Below are positions 29,901 to 37,788 of a DNA stretch of 40,398 nt, piece by piece. Position numbers and translations under genes: made by a program. The stretch's first letter is position 1. The number at the start of each line of letters is the position of its first letter. Below the pieces are notes generated by a model, which had not been told where the DNA came from, searched no databases, and was given only the letters and a program-made list of their open reading frames with translations. Source of the DNA: Armatimonadota bacterium. Its GTDB lineage: Bacteria; Armatimonadota; Armatimonadia; Armatimonadales; Armatimonadaceae. Location: contig JAYUUO010000113.1 of assembly GCA_043754515.1 (NCBI GenBank), positions 1 to 40,398 on the forward strand. Direction: 5' to 3'.

Positions 29901-31724
29901 CCCGCGTTCGAGCAGACTCGCCATCTCCGCGCCTCGGGCAAGCCAGTCGCCCGTGCCGAACCGCAAGCCACGAGACGGAGGGGCCTCCACCGCGCGTTCC
30001 ACGGCTTGCGCGAGAACCGCCGCTTCGCCGGGCGTTCCCCGCGCGGGCAGACTCAGCGCGGCGCAGAGCGTGTCGCCCTCCGCCCGCGCGGCGGCCACCT
30101 TTTCCAGCGCGCCCCGGAGCAGTTGCGTCAGGGCAGGTGCCTCCATCGGCAGGAACACCAGGCGGCGGCTACCGAAGAACGGGTGCGCGGGGACGCTGCC
30201 CATCCGCGCCAGTTGCGCTTGTAGCCGCTCCGTACACGCCTCCTTCTCGCGAAAATCGAACGGCGTCCAGTTCTCGCAACCGGGTAGCGTCAACTCCGGG
30301 AACACCATGTCACCCGCTTCCGTGCCGAGCCCAAGCCACTCGCCGTACAGGTCATACAAAGTTTTACCGGAGCGGGCGAGGGGCGAATTGACCGCCTCGC
30401 AGTAGTCGTTCAGCCGTTCTTGCGCCGCGACCAGTAGCGCGGTGTCGGTCTCCACCGTTCCGGCGACCGGCTTGCCGAGGGCGAGCGTGCGCTTGAGTTC
30501 CGTCAGGATCGCCTTTTTGTTCGCCTTGTCGCTGTGTAGTTCCAGACAGGCATTGCCGAGTTCGATCGCGTCTAACCGGCTTTTCACGACCTCCAGCGCG
30601 GCCTGTTTTTCGGCCACGAAAAGCACGGTCTTGCCCTGCCCGATGGCCTCGGCGATGATGTTCGTGATGGTCTGGCTCTTGCCGGTGCCGGGAGGTCCCT
30701 GTATAACGATGTCGCGCCCCTGTTTCACGTCCTCTATCGCCAGCATCTGCGAGCTGTCGGCGTCCACCACCGTACGCGTCTTTGTTGGTGGCAGAACTGC
30801 GTCCAGGCGTTGGTCATCGGCGAACCGGGACGCCGACTCGTGGAAACCCCGCCCGAGTAGCGCGGCGATTACCGGATGACGCTCCAGGAAGCCGTCCACC
30901 GCCCATTCCTTGCTAGCCAGGTCGCGGTCAATCGTGATCTTGTTGAACGAGAAGAAGGCGAGAACAGTGGAATCCATATCCACCTCCCACCGCGACTTCC
31001 CGCCGACCAGAAGCTCAACCTGCTCGAAATAGGCGGACGGTGACAGGTCCTCGGCGGGCGGCATGGGCGGGAGCGCGACGCCGAAGTCCTTCCGCAGTTG
31101 CGCGTCCATGGAGGCGTTCGCGCCGACCTCGTCGCCGTTGTAGCGGAGCGAGAACCGCTCGCTCACTGTGGGCCGCTCCAGAGTGACCGGGATCAGGATC
31201 AGGGGGGATCGGCGCGGCGTTGCCGGTTGTTCGGTTTCGTACCATGTCAGCATCCCGAGCGCGAGATACAGCGTGTTGATGCCCTGCTCTTCGAGGCAGA
31301 TTCGGGCGGCATACTGCGTGTTGAGCAGTCGTTTTTGCAGATCGCTCGCGGTCGAGGCGGTCTGTAACACGGTGTCGGGAGTCGCGGCTTTCTTCGGCGC
31401 GGGGGCGTTATGCGCGGGCGGCGATAACTTCTCGCCCTCGAGTTCGCGGAAGTACCGCTCGAACACGTCGTCCCCGGCGGGGAGCGTGGACCCTGGTGCC
31501 CCATCCCCGTCCGCGCCTTCGGCCTCGTCTATGCCGCTGTCGCGGAAGGTGAACCGTTTGTTGTCCGCGACCAGTAGCTGGTAGATCGTGTCGGGATCGC
31601 CGGATATTATCTCCACGCCGCGCGCTTTGAGCGGACGATAGTTGAGGAGCGGGTTGCGGAACGAAAGGTCGAGGAGTTGCTTGCGGGCGGTTTCGAGTTG
31701 CGTGGCGATATTCGGGGCGGTCAT
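26943..31724 (-). CDS. DUF4011 - SF1 (UPF1-like) helicase - Vsr-like endonuclease - DUF3320 protein (Hhe-type architecture)
   Basis: DUF4011 'ARKQLLDLSFRNPLLNY'. Helicase motifs 'QGPPGTGKSQTITN', 'FDEASQ', 'VGDSKQLPP', 'WHYRSRHESLI', 'NVQGDERD', 'RRLNVLITRAR'. Nuclease 'SPFEREV...FRIDIAV...GIECDGATYH...RDRDRLR...GWRLHRIWSTDW'. Confidence 0.92.
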   Translation of the reverse strand: MTAPNIATQLETARKQLLDLSFRNPLLNYRPLKARGVEIISGDPDTIYQLLVADNKRFTFRDSGIDEAEGADGDGAPGSTLPAGDDVFERYFRELEGEKLSPPAHNAPAPKKAATPDTVLQTASTASDLQKRLLNTQYAARICLEEQGINTLYLALGMLTWYETEQPATPRRSPLILIPVTLERPTVSERFSLRYNGDEVGANASMDAQLRKDFGVALPPMPPAEDLSPSAYFEQVELLVGGKSRWEVDMDSTVLAFFSFNKITIDRDLASKEWAVDGFLERHPVIAALLGRGFHESASRFADDQRLDAVLPPTKTRTVVDADSSQMLAIEDVKQGRDIVIQGPPGTGKSQTITNIIAEAIGQGKTVLFVAEKQAALEVVKSRLDAIELGNACLELHSDKANKKAILTELKRTLALGKPVAGTVETDTALLVAAQERLNDYCEAVNSPLARSGKTLYDLYGEWLGLGTEAGDMVFPELTLPGCENWTPFDFREKEACTERLQAQLARMGSVPAHPFFGSRRLVFLPMEAPALTQLLRGALEKVAAARAEGDTLCAALSLPARGTPGEAAVLAQAVERAVEAPPSRGLRFGTGDWLARGAEMASLLERGERMSALKARFGADLVPKAWDTDVLAARQAVVAHGAKWYRFVDGDFRAAQKQLSLLCAGGVAPKDWNHSRELLDGILEYRRAKAEFAPGEPLGVLLFGAQWQGEASKWPVLRQLFDWITELHREVGDHKLPQAFLDFLAGSPRLDAAHTLARQSIAASAAASTAAREATRVLEWQSTAAGAPGLEAEPFATQEATLTQWAGNVDRLSEITTFNQLQKQMAAEGLAPLTDAALHWEYSARALTTLLRNVWYAALLRAAYAASPALSSFNGVAQEQTQAKFRALDTRFLFNNRVLLAKQHWDSLPRSSGQGQLGILTRQFELKTRHFPIRRLMEEAGNAIQTIKPVFMMSPLSVATYLAPNHLRFDLVVFDEASQVKPVDAFGALLRGRQAVVVGDSKQLPPSSFFDKLAMDDDEETEEGGGTNDIESVLGLFASRGAPSRMLKWHYRSRHESLIAVSNQEFYDNNLVIFPSPDGSREHLGLVLRYLPDTVYDRGRSGTNRKEAQAVADAVIAHARGQIAHPRSEWLTLGVAAFSMAQMQEIFLQVELKRQANPDCEPFFDRASREPFFVKNLENVQGDERDVIYISVGYGRDAFGRFGVNFGPLNRDGGERRLNVLITRARLRCEVFTNMLAGDIDLTRSSAKGVEVFRQFLAYARDGALSQSVPTGLAPDSPFEREVIAELVAVGYDVEPQMGCAGFRIDIAVRDPAHPGRYILGIECDGATYHSALSARDRDRLRESVLTRMGWRLHRIWSTDWFHRRAAEATRLRDAVAAAISAARENERTAPEPPPLAPPSVIIRVEESREVVPPQPYIMARLEPVMADHISELTPLGVSDLVVAVVAVESPVSVAEVAQRIAVALSVGRVTRQFRVAVESGCTFAVADGRICRRGEFLWLPGMQSPPLRDRAACPARLRQLDQIAPEEVAAAAARVVGDSYGIAREEIPRYVGKLFGIERITAEAKPAIDAVVAGLLGSGTLREKAGQVFAS

Positions 31725-32008
31725 AGGCGGGTGTGATTCTCCTGTCGGCGGCGATCCTGCGGTTTCCGGGGGCGGTCCGCCGCGAACACGGGAACGAGTA
31801 TAGCAAGGTTAGTGCCGTCCGCGAAAGGGGTACACCAGGGAATATTCCCGCCCGAGCCGCCTACCATGAGGTCGCCCCGCTTCGGAAAGGAATGTGAGCG
31901 CGGTGTGCGGCATCGGCCCCGCCCGGTACCGGCATGTTCCCCCGTTCAGCGGCGTCGCGGGCGGGTGGTCTGTGGTCGCCGACGAGGATTGATCAGAATG
32001 TCGGGCCG

Positions 32009-32908
32009 TTATTGCTGGAGCTGCTGGAACAGGTCCTCCCAGCTTTTCGCCTCGAGCACTGCGAGGAGCCACTTCCCTAGCTACTTGCGGGAGATTGTCG
32101 CTTCGATCCTGGCTCGGTGCTCGGTGGTCGGCTCCCCGAAGCGGCGCGTCCCTTGCAAATACAACAGGTCGCGCGCTTCCTGAAGCCGCCCGAGTGCCAA
32201 TCCCTCGTTGCGCCCGGCCAGCAACCCCTCGTTGCGCCCCTCGCGTAATATCATCTGGTAGAACGACGACTCCCGCATCTTCTGTACCCCCTTCGTCAGT
32301 GTGTTGATGAACGCCTCCTGGTGGTTCAGGCCCAGCAGGATGAACGTCGCGGCCGACAGTTCCCGCGCCCTCTGTGCGTCCGCCTCCGCATACAGCCAGT
32401 CGTGCACCGCGTACACCGTGTCCGCCACCGCCCGGCGGGACCGCGCGGCCAGCGGCGCGAGCGGCAACGCCGCCAGCCCCCCGCTTAGCAGCCGTGCCAC
32501 GTCCTGTTGCCACAGCCGCACGATGGCATACCCGAACTGGAGCCGATGCACGCCGTTCGCGTCGTCTATCATGCCTCGCACGTTCGTCCCGTCCGCCGCC
32601 CTCCGTAGCAGGAACGCGATGCTCCGCACCGACAGGCCGCGCTGGTACCGCGCCAGGACATTGTACTAGAGCACGCGCTCGTCGAAGCGGGGGGCGTGCG
32701 ACGCCTGCAACTCGATGTGGTGCAGGCAGGGCTTGGCGATGCCGGTGACGCGGATCAGCCGGTCGGCGTCCGCGCTCACGGTGGACAGATCCGCGTCGAA
32801 AGTTTCCACGACCGCGCCGGGTTCCAGGGTGACGCCCGCGACCGCGAGCCAGTCTTCCGGCGACTGGTCAATGAGGAACTTCGTCGCGGCGTCGAAAGGC
32901 TTGCTCAC
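32009..32908 (-). pseudogene. Rpn/YhgA-like PD-(D/E)XK protein with DUF4351-like tail, interrupted by two in-frame TAG codons
   Basis: One reading frame of 300 codons from GTG 32908 ('SKPFDAATKFL...ADRLIRV...HIELQAS') to TAA 32009 ('...SWEDLFQQLQQ'). TAG at 32666-32668 and 32081-32083. Confidence 0.85.
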
Positions 32909-32968
32909 ACGCCTATTGTACCGCATAGCGGGGGAGCTATTATTCGACCTATCCTGCCGCGTTTTCGA

Positions 32969-33775
32969 CTACCGCGTGCCGGACTTCAGGGCGCGGACGA
33001 AATCGGAGACGATGACGAGGAGTTCGGGGTTGTCACGCTCGCGGTGCAAAAGGTCAACAAGGACGCTCCCGACCACCGCGCCGTCCGCGTACTGGCAGAC
33101 CGCCCGCACCTGCTCGGGGGTGGAAACGCCGAATCCTATACAGATCGGCGTGTCGCCGCTGAATGTCCGTATCCGCTCCATCAGCGGCGGGAGGTCGTCG
33201 GGCACGTCGGCACGGGCACCGGTGATCCCCGCCCGCGCCATCGTATAGATGAAGCCGGTCGCCATATTCCCGACGAGGGCCATGCGCCCGTGCGTCGAGG
33301 TCGGGGCGAGTAAGAAGATCGTCGCGAAGCCCGCCGCATCCGCGAACCGCTTCCACTCGCCCGCCTCTTCGGGGGTGAGGTCGGTCAGAATCGCGCCGTC
33401 CGCGCCCGCCGCCGCCGCGTCCCGCGCGAACGCCTCCGCGCCGTACTGCATGACGGGGTTATACGCGCCCATTAGTACCAGCGGGATGCTCGTGTTCCGG
33501 GCGCGTACTTCGCGCACGACGTCCAGCACCTTCGGCGGCGTCATGCCCGTTTGCAAGGCGCGGAACGACGACGCCTGGATCGTGGGACCGTCGGCGAGCG
33601 GGTCGGAGAACGGGATGCCGATCTCCACGATGTCCGCCCCGGCGTCGGCGAGCGTGAGCACGATGCTCGCAGTGTCCTGGGGGCGCGGGTCCCCAGCAGT
33701 GACGAAGGTGACGAGTGCCTTCTCGCCGCGACTTCGCAACACGCGGAAGGTATTTTCAAAACGAGAGACGGGCAT
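32969..33775 (-). CDS. trpA: Tryptophan synthase alpha chain
   Basis: 'FVTAGDP', 'EIGIPFSDPLADGPTIQ', 'YNPV', 'LLAPTS', 'GITG', 'GFGVS', 'ADGAVVGS'. Confidence 0.97.
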   Translation of the reverse strand: MPVSRFENTFRVLRSRGEKALVTFVTAGDPRPQDTASIVLTLADAGADIVEIGIPFSDPLADGPTIQASSFRALQTGMTPPKVLDVVREVRARNTSIPLVLMGAYNPVMQYGAEAFARDAAAAGADGAILTDLTPEEAGEWKRFADAAGFATIFLLAPTSTHGRMALVGNMATGFIYTMARAGITGARADVPDDLPPLMERIRTFSGDTPICIGFGVSTPEQVRAVCQYADGAVVGSVLVDLLHRERDNPELLVIVSDFVRALKSGTR

Positions 33776-34021
33776 GACGGGCGTATTGTATCACTCCGCT
33801 GTCGGGGATTTGTCAGTGGCCGGGTGCCGCCCGTGTTCAGGAAGCGGTACAATAGCACAAGGCGGTCGTGGGCGGGTCGCGTGCCCGCCGCGTGCCTGTC
33901 GCCGCCGCCGTTTCCTGGGCGCGCAGGCGCGTCTCGCTGGCTAGTGACGGGCCTGCCACCGTGCCCTCGGGCAGCGAAAAGGCTTTTTAACCCGATTTTA
34001 GATGGATAGCAGTTGCCGATC

Positions 34022-35008
34022 ATGAACGATGAACTGGAGACGGAAGTCTCCACCGAAGAAGCCGTCGAGGAGAACACCGACAGCGATTTATACGACGACG
34101 AGGACGGGCCGCAACGCCTGACGGACGGCTACGGGTTACTTGCCGCCGACACGGATGAGGACAAACGCCGTGACGCGATCCTGTCCTCCGAGGAGCGCAC
34201 GGAACTCGCCGAAACGCAGATGAAGAGTGGGCAAGTCTCCGAGGCGTTGCACCATTACCGCGAGGCCGTCCGGGTCGCGGCGAACAACGACGAGAACGTG
34301 GCCGGGCGCGTCACGCTCGGCGACGCCTACGCGTACTCCGGCCAGGGCTTGAACGCGTTCCGGCAGTACCGCCGCGCGATCAAGCAGTCGCCGCGCCGTG
34401 CCGAACCGCACTTCTCGCTCGGCGAGCTGTTCCAGCGGTACGGGCGGCTACAGCAGGCGATCAGCGCGTTCCGCAAGGCGGTGTCGTTCGCGCCCGAGAA
34501 GGCCTACTACCGCTACAAACTCGGGGACGCGCTGGCACTTTCGGGCGACCTGGAAGCCGCCATCTCGGAACTTGAGGAAACCACGCACCTGAAACCGCAG
34601 GACGGGTTTTACCACTTCTGGCTCGGCGACCTGTATGTGCGCGCCGCCCGCGAGGAGGAGGCGATCCGCGAGCTACAGCAGGCCACCATGTTCGCGCCCT
34701 ACGACGCCTACTACGGGGTCCGGCTCGGCGCGGCATACCGCAAAAACGGGATGACGCGCGACGCGGCGGTGGCGACGCGGCAGGCGATTCGGGCCGCCCC
34801 CGAAAACGCGGCGTATATGTGCTTCCTCGCGGACCTGTACGGCGACCTGGGCCTTGACGATTACGCGGTGCATTATTACGCCGCGGCGGGCACGCTCGAC
34901 GACTACGACACGGAAGTGATCACTCGCCTCCGCCGCTACGCGGGGATACAGGTGGCGGAGTTCGCCGGATATCTAGAAGCCGCCGACGAGACGTTCGCCG
35001 ACGGGTGA
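34022..35008 (+). CDS. Tetratricopeptide-repeat protein
   Basis: Multiple 34-aa TPR units ('HFSLGELFQRYGRLQQAISAFRKAVSFAPE', 'YRYKLGDAL', 'YHFWLGDLY') after an acidic N-terminus. Confidence 0.88.
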   Translation: MNDELETEVSTEEAVEENTDSDLYDDEDGPQRLTDGYGLLAADTDEDKRRDAILSSEERTELAETQMKSGQVSEALHHYREAVRVAANNDENVAGRVTLGDAYAYSGQGLNAFRQYRRAIKQSPRRAEPHFSLGELFQRYGRLQQAISAFRKAVSFAPEKAYYRYKLGDALALSGDLEAAISELEETTHLKPQDGFYHFWLGDLYVRAAREEEAIRELQQATMFAPYDAYYGVRLGAAYRKNGMTRDAAVATRQAIRAAPENAAYMCFLADLYGDLGLDDYAVHYYAAAGTLDDYDTEVITRLRRYAGIQVAEFAGYLEAADETFADG

Positions 35009-35069
35009 GGGCGTGCGCGTGGGAGACGAAAATGGTGGCGGGGACGCGATACGCGCCCCCGCCGCGCGG

Positions 35070-35543
35070 CTACTGCCCGCTACCGCGCGGTGTTTTCCCA
35101 CGCATGGCATTCATCTCATCAAACTTCTTCTGGTCGTCGAGTATCTTCGGGCGTTGTGCCTTGGTCGCCACGGAGAGCGCGATCTCGGTCGTCTTCCGGC
35201 TGATCCGCAGGATGAGCGGCGTAAGCTCCGCTTGCATCTTCTGGCGTTGCTCGGGGGCTTTAGTGCCGCCATACTTCTTCTGAAGCGCAAGTATTTGGGG
35301 CTCGAACTCTTTCATCGCGATTTGTGTCCTCCGCAGTACCTCGCTCGCTTGGGCGTCCGAGAAGCCGTAACGCGTCTTCAGGGTCCCCCGCGCGGTTGCC
35401 ATGGGATCGGCGGATCCCGCGCTGGGCTTCCGCCGCGTCTCAGGGTTGGTCGTGCCGGGGGCTTGCGCCAACGCGGGGGTAGTGCTAACCACCAAGAATG
35501 CGCCGAGCGCGAGCGTCGCCCGCCAGCGCGAGGGAGAAATCAT
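35070..35543 (-). CDS. Hypothetical secreted helical protein
   Basis: Sec signal 'MISPSRWRATLALGAFLVVSTTPALA|Q' and a Lys/Gln-rich helical body. Start inferred. Confidence 0.65.
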   Translation of the reverse strand: MISPSRWRATLALGAFLVVSTTPALAQAPGTTNPETRRKPSAGSADPMATARGTLKTRYGFSDAQASEVLRRTQIAMKEFEPQILALQKKYGGTKAPEQRQKMQAELTPLILRISRKTTEIALSVATKAQRPKILDDQKKFDEMNAMRGKTPRGSGQ

Positions 35544-35737
35544 CAAGGTATTTGCCCAGTCCTTCCAGTCGCGCGACCCGTCACTTGCGGACCGCTGCGC
35601 ACGACTGTTCATGATACCACGGAGGGGCACTCTCTACCTTGCGCCGCCCTGCTATCATGGGCCTAGGGTTGGATACATAGTTGATATTTTGCGAATGCGG
35701 TAGGGATTCGCAACACATCAGTTGTGCAACCAGCCGA

Positions 35738-36346
35738 CTACTTGACCAGCGCGAGGATCTCGCGGAACTCGGGCGACCCTGCCTCGCCTAGCCACTCGTA
35801 AACAACCGCCTCGGCGGCGGCGGGTAACACCCCGGCGTCCCGAATCCGCTCCATCCCCAGTTTGTGCCGCTCCATCGTACGCGACGAAACGGCGTCCGCG
35901 ACCACATGCGCCTGGTAGCCCGCGTATCGCAAGTCGTGCGCGGTTTGGGAAACACAGATGTGTGTTTCCAGCCCGCAGATCACTACTTGCTTGCGTCCGA
36001 GTCCGGCGAGGGTGCGCTCGAAGAGTTCGGAACCCATGCAGGAAAAGCTCATCTTGTCCACTATCGGGAGCTGCTTGTCGGCCACGGCTACCGACCCGCC
36101 CCCCCCTTTAGGGCGCGGCGCGCTGGGCAGACTATGCAGTATGGGTGGGGTCACGGTACCCATGCGGGCGGCGTTCTGCGTAGTCATTAGCACGGGGATG
36201 CCGAGCAGGATAGCTGTTTTGCAGAGTAGCAGGACGTTCGCCATCAGCGGCTCGCGCCCGTGCATCACGCCCAAGAACGGGTCCTGCATGTCCACCACTA
36301 AGAGCACACTCGTAGCACGGTCTAGAAGAGTCGGGTGACGATCCAT
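35738..36346 (-). CDS. Isochorismatase/cysteine-hydrolase family (YcaC-like)
   Basis: 'LLVVDMQ', 'DKMSFSC', 'CGLETHICVSQTAHDL', 'VVADAVSSR'. Confidence 0.9.
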   Translation of the reverse strand: MDRHPTLLDRATSVLLVVDMQDPFLGVMHGREPLMANVLLLCKTAILLGIPVLMTTQNAARMGTVTPPILHSLPSAPRPKGGGGSVAVADKQLPIVDKMSFSCMGSELFERTLAGLGRKQVVICGLETHICVSQTAHDLRYAGYQAHVVADAVSSRTMERHKLGMERIRDAGVLPAAAEAVVYEWLGEAGSPEFREILALVK

Positions 36347-36522
36347 CGGCGGGGTTTCCTTTTTTATTCACACGAGATAACACGGCTTTTTTCGCCAGCA
36401 ACGCCCGAAAGTCCTGCCTAACCTGGGGTTTTCGGTCTACCACCCGCGAACCCCGGCGTGATAGAGTATACTCATTCGCGGGGGAAGTCCCCCTATTCTA
36501 ACGGGATTGAGTAACACGAATC

Positions 36523-37572
36523 ATGTTTGACGGCGAAGCACAAATCACCACCGATTTGACCGATCTTGAAGCAAAAACGATCACGCGCATTCTGACCGAA
36601 GGGCGCGCGGGCGAGACCGACGACGGCGCGGTCGCGCCCGCGCGAGGCGGCGTAATGGCGAAGGTCGAGGAGATGTTCTACGAGAACTTCGTGCGCTACT
36701 TCGCGAACGCCGAGGCAAAGCGCCGCTGGCATATCGAGCGCGACATCCCCTGGGAGAAGACGACTCAGAACTGCTCCGACACCACCGCGTTTATCGTGGA
36801 GTCGTTCACCGCCGTGGAGATGTTCCTGCCCGACTACACCCATAAGATCATGGAAATGGTGCGCAAGTCGCGCGGGCGCGCCCTGTTCCAGACGAACTGG
36901 GGCTACGAGGAGTCGAAGCACAGCATGGTGCTCGAAAAGTGGCTGATTCGCTCCGGCAAGCGCACCGAGGAGCAGGTCCGCGAGTTCGAGAAGCAGTTGT
37001 TAGGCGCGGAGTGGGACCTGCCGTTCGAGACCCCACGCCAGATGATAATCTACACGATGATCCAGGAGATGGCGACGGGACTCAACTACACCAACCTGCG
37101 CCGCCGCGTGGACGAAGAAGGCGACGAGGCGTTGTCGCGCACCTTGCGCTGGGTCTCCTCCGACGAATCCGCGCACTACAACTTTTTCCGCAAAGGCGTC
37201 AAAGCGTTCCTGCAACTCGAGCCGGACGAGACCATCGCCGACTTGAAGTTTGTGTTCCAGCACTTCGTCATGCCCGCGCACGCGCTGATCCCCGGTTGGG
37301 CGGAGCGCGGCGCGACCATTGAGGCGTCCGGGATTTACACGCCGAAGGTATACCTGTCGAAGATATACCGCCCGGTGCTCGAAGACCTCGGCGTCACGCG
37401 CCAGCAACTCAAAGACGCGGGGATCGCAGGGCGCGAAGCCGACTACATCAGTGACAAGGGCGAGGCGACGGCGGCGGAGGCGAGGCGGGCGAAGTTTAAC
37501 CGAACGGTCGCCGTACCCGCGTTCCCCGCCCCGCTCCGGCCCGCCGGTCGCCGAACGCTGACCGCGGTGTGA
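36523..37572 (+). CDS. Acyl-ACP desaturase family (ferritin-like di-iron; DesA-like)
   Basis: 'VEMFLPDY', ExxH in 'WGYEESKH', 'YTMIQEMAT', second DExxH in 'SSDESAH', 'FVMP'. Confidence 0.85.
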   Translation: MFDGEAQITTDLTDLEAKTITRILTEGRAGETDDGAVAPARGGVMAKVEEMFYENFVRYFANAEAKRRWHIERDIPWEKTTQNCSDTTAFIVESFTAVEMFLPDYTHKIMEMVRKSRGRALFQTNWGYEESKHSMVLEKWLIRSGKRTEEQVREFEKQLLGAEWDLPFETPRQMIIYTMIQEMATGLNYTNLRRRVDEEGDEALSRTLRWVSSDESAHYNFFRKGVKAFLQLEPDETIADLKFVFQHFVMPAHALIPGWAERGATIEASGIYTPKVYLSKIYRPVLEDLGVTRQQLKDAGIAGREADYISDKGEATAAEARRAKFNRTVAVPAFPAPLRPAGRRTLTAV

Positions 37573-37788
37573 CGCGGTTGAGGGCGGGAGTCCGGCGAGC
37601 GAGGTGCCCCTCCACTGGCGGTCGTGTCCAGTGCTCCGGACCGGCGCGGCGGACGGCCGGCGCGGCGGTGATACGAAGTCACAAGCCTACGACAACCCGC
37701 GTCAATCGGGGTATACTACTCCACAAGGGCGGCGCACACAGCACCCCTCCCCTTTCAACCACTCCCAGCAGAGGAACAAAACATTAAG

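Noticed and set aside
32009..32908. Genome-wide amber recoding or pyrrolysine explaining the in-frame TAGs
   Set aside because: Conserved genes in the window (ftsK, trpA, photolyase, HAD hydrolase) end normally at TAG, and no pyl genes are present.
24913..32908. Composite transposon formed by the two Rpn-like genes
   Set aside because: The copies are highly diverged, with no terminal inverted repeats or target duplication. Despite 'transposase' labels, Rpn/YhgA proteins are not established transposases.
35668..35731. Imperfect hairpin (TTGCGAAT...ATTCGCAA) as an ncRNA
   Set aside because: Most simply a terminator-like structure downstream of the isochorismatase gene; no family features recognised.
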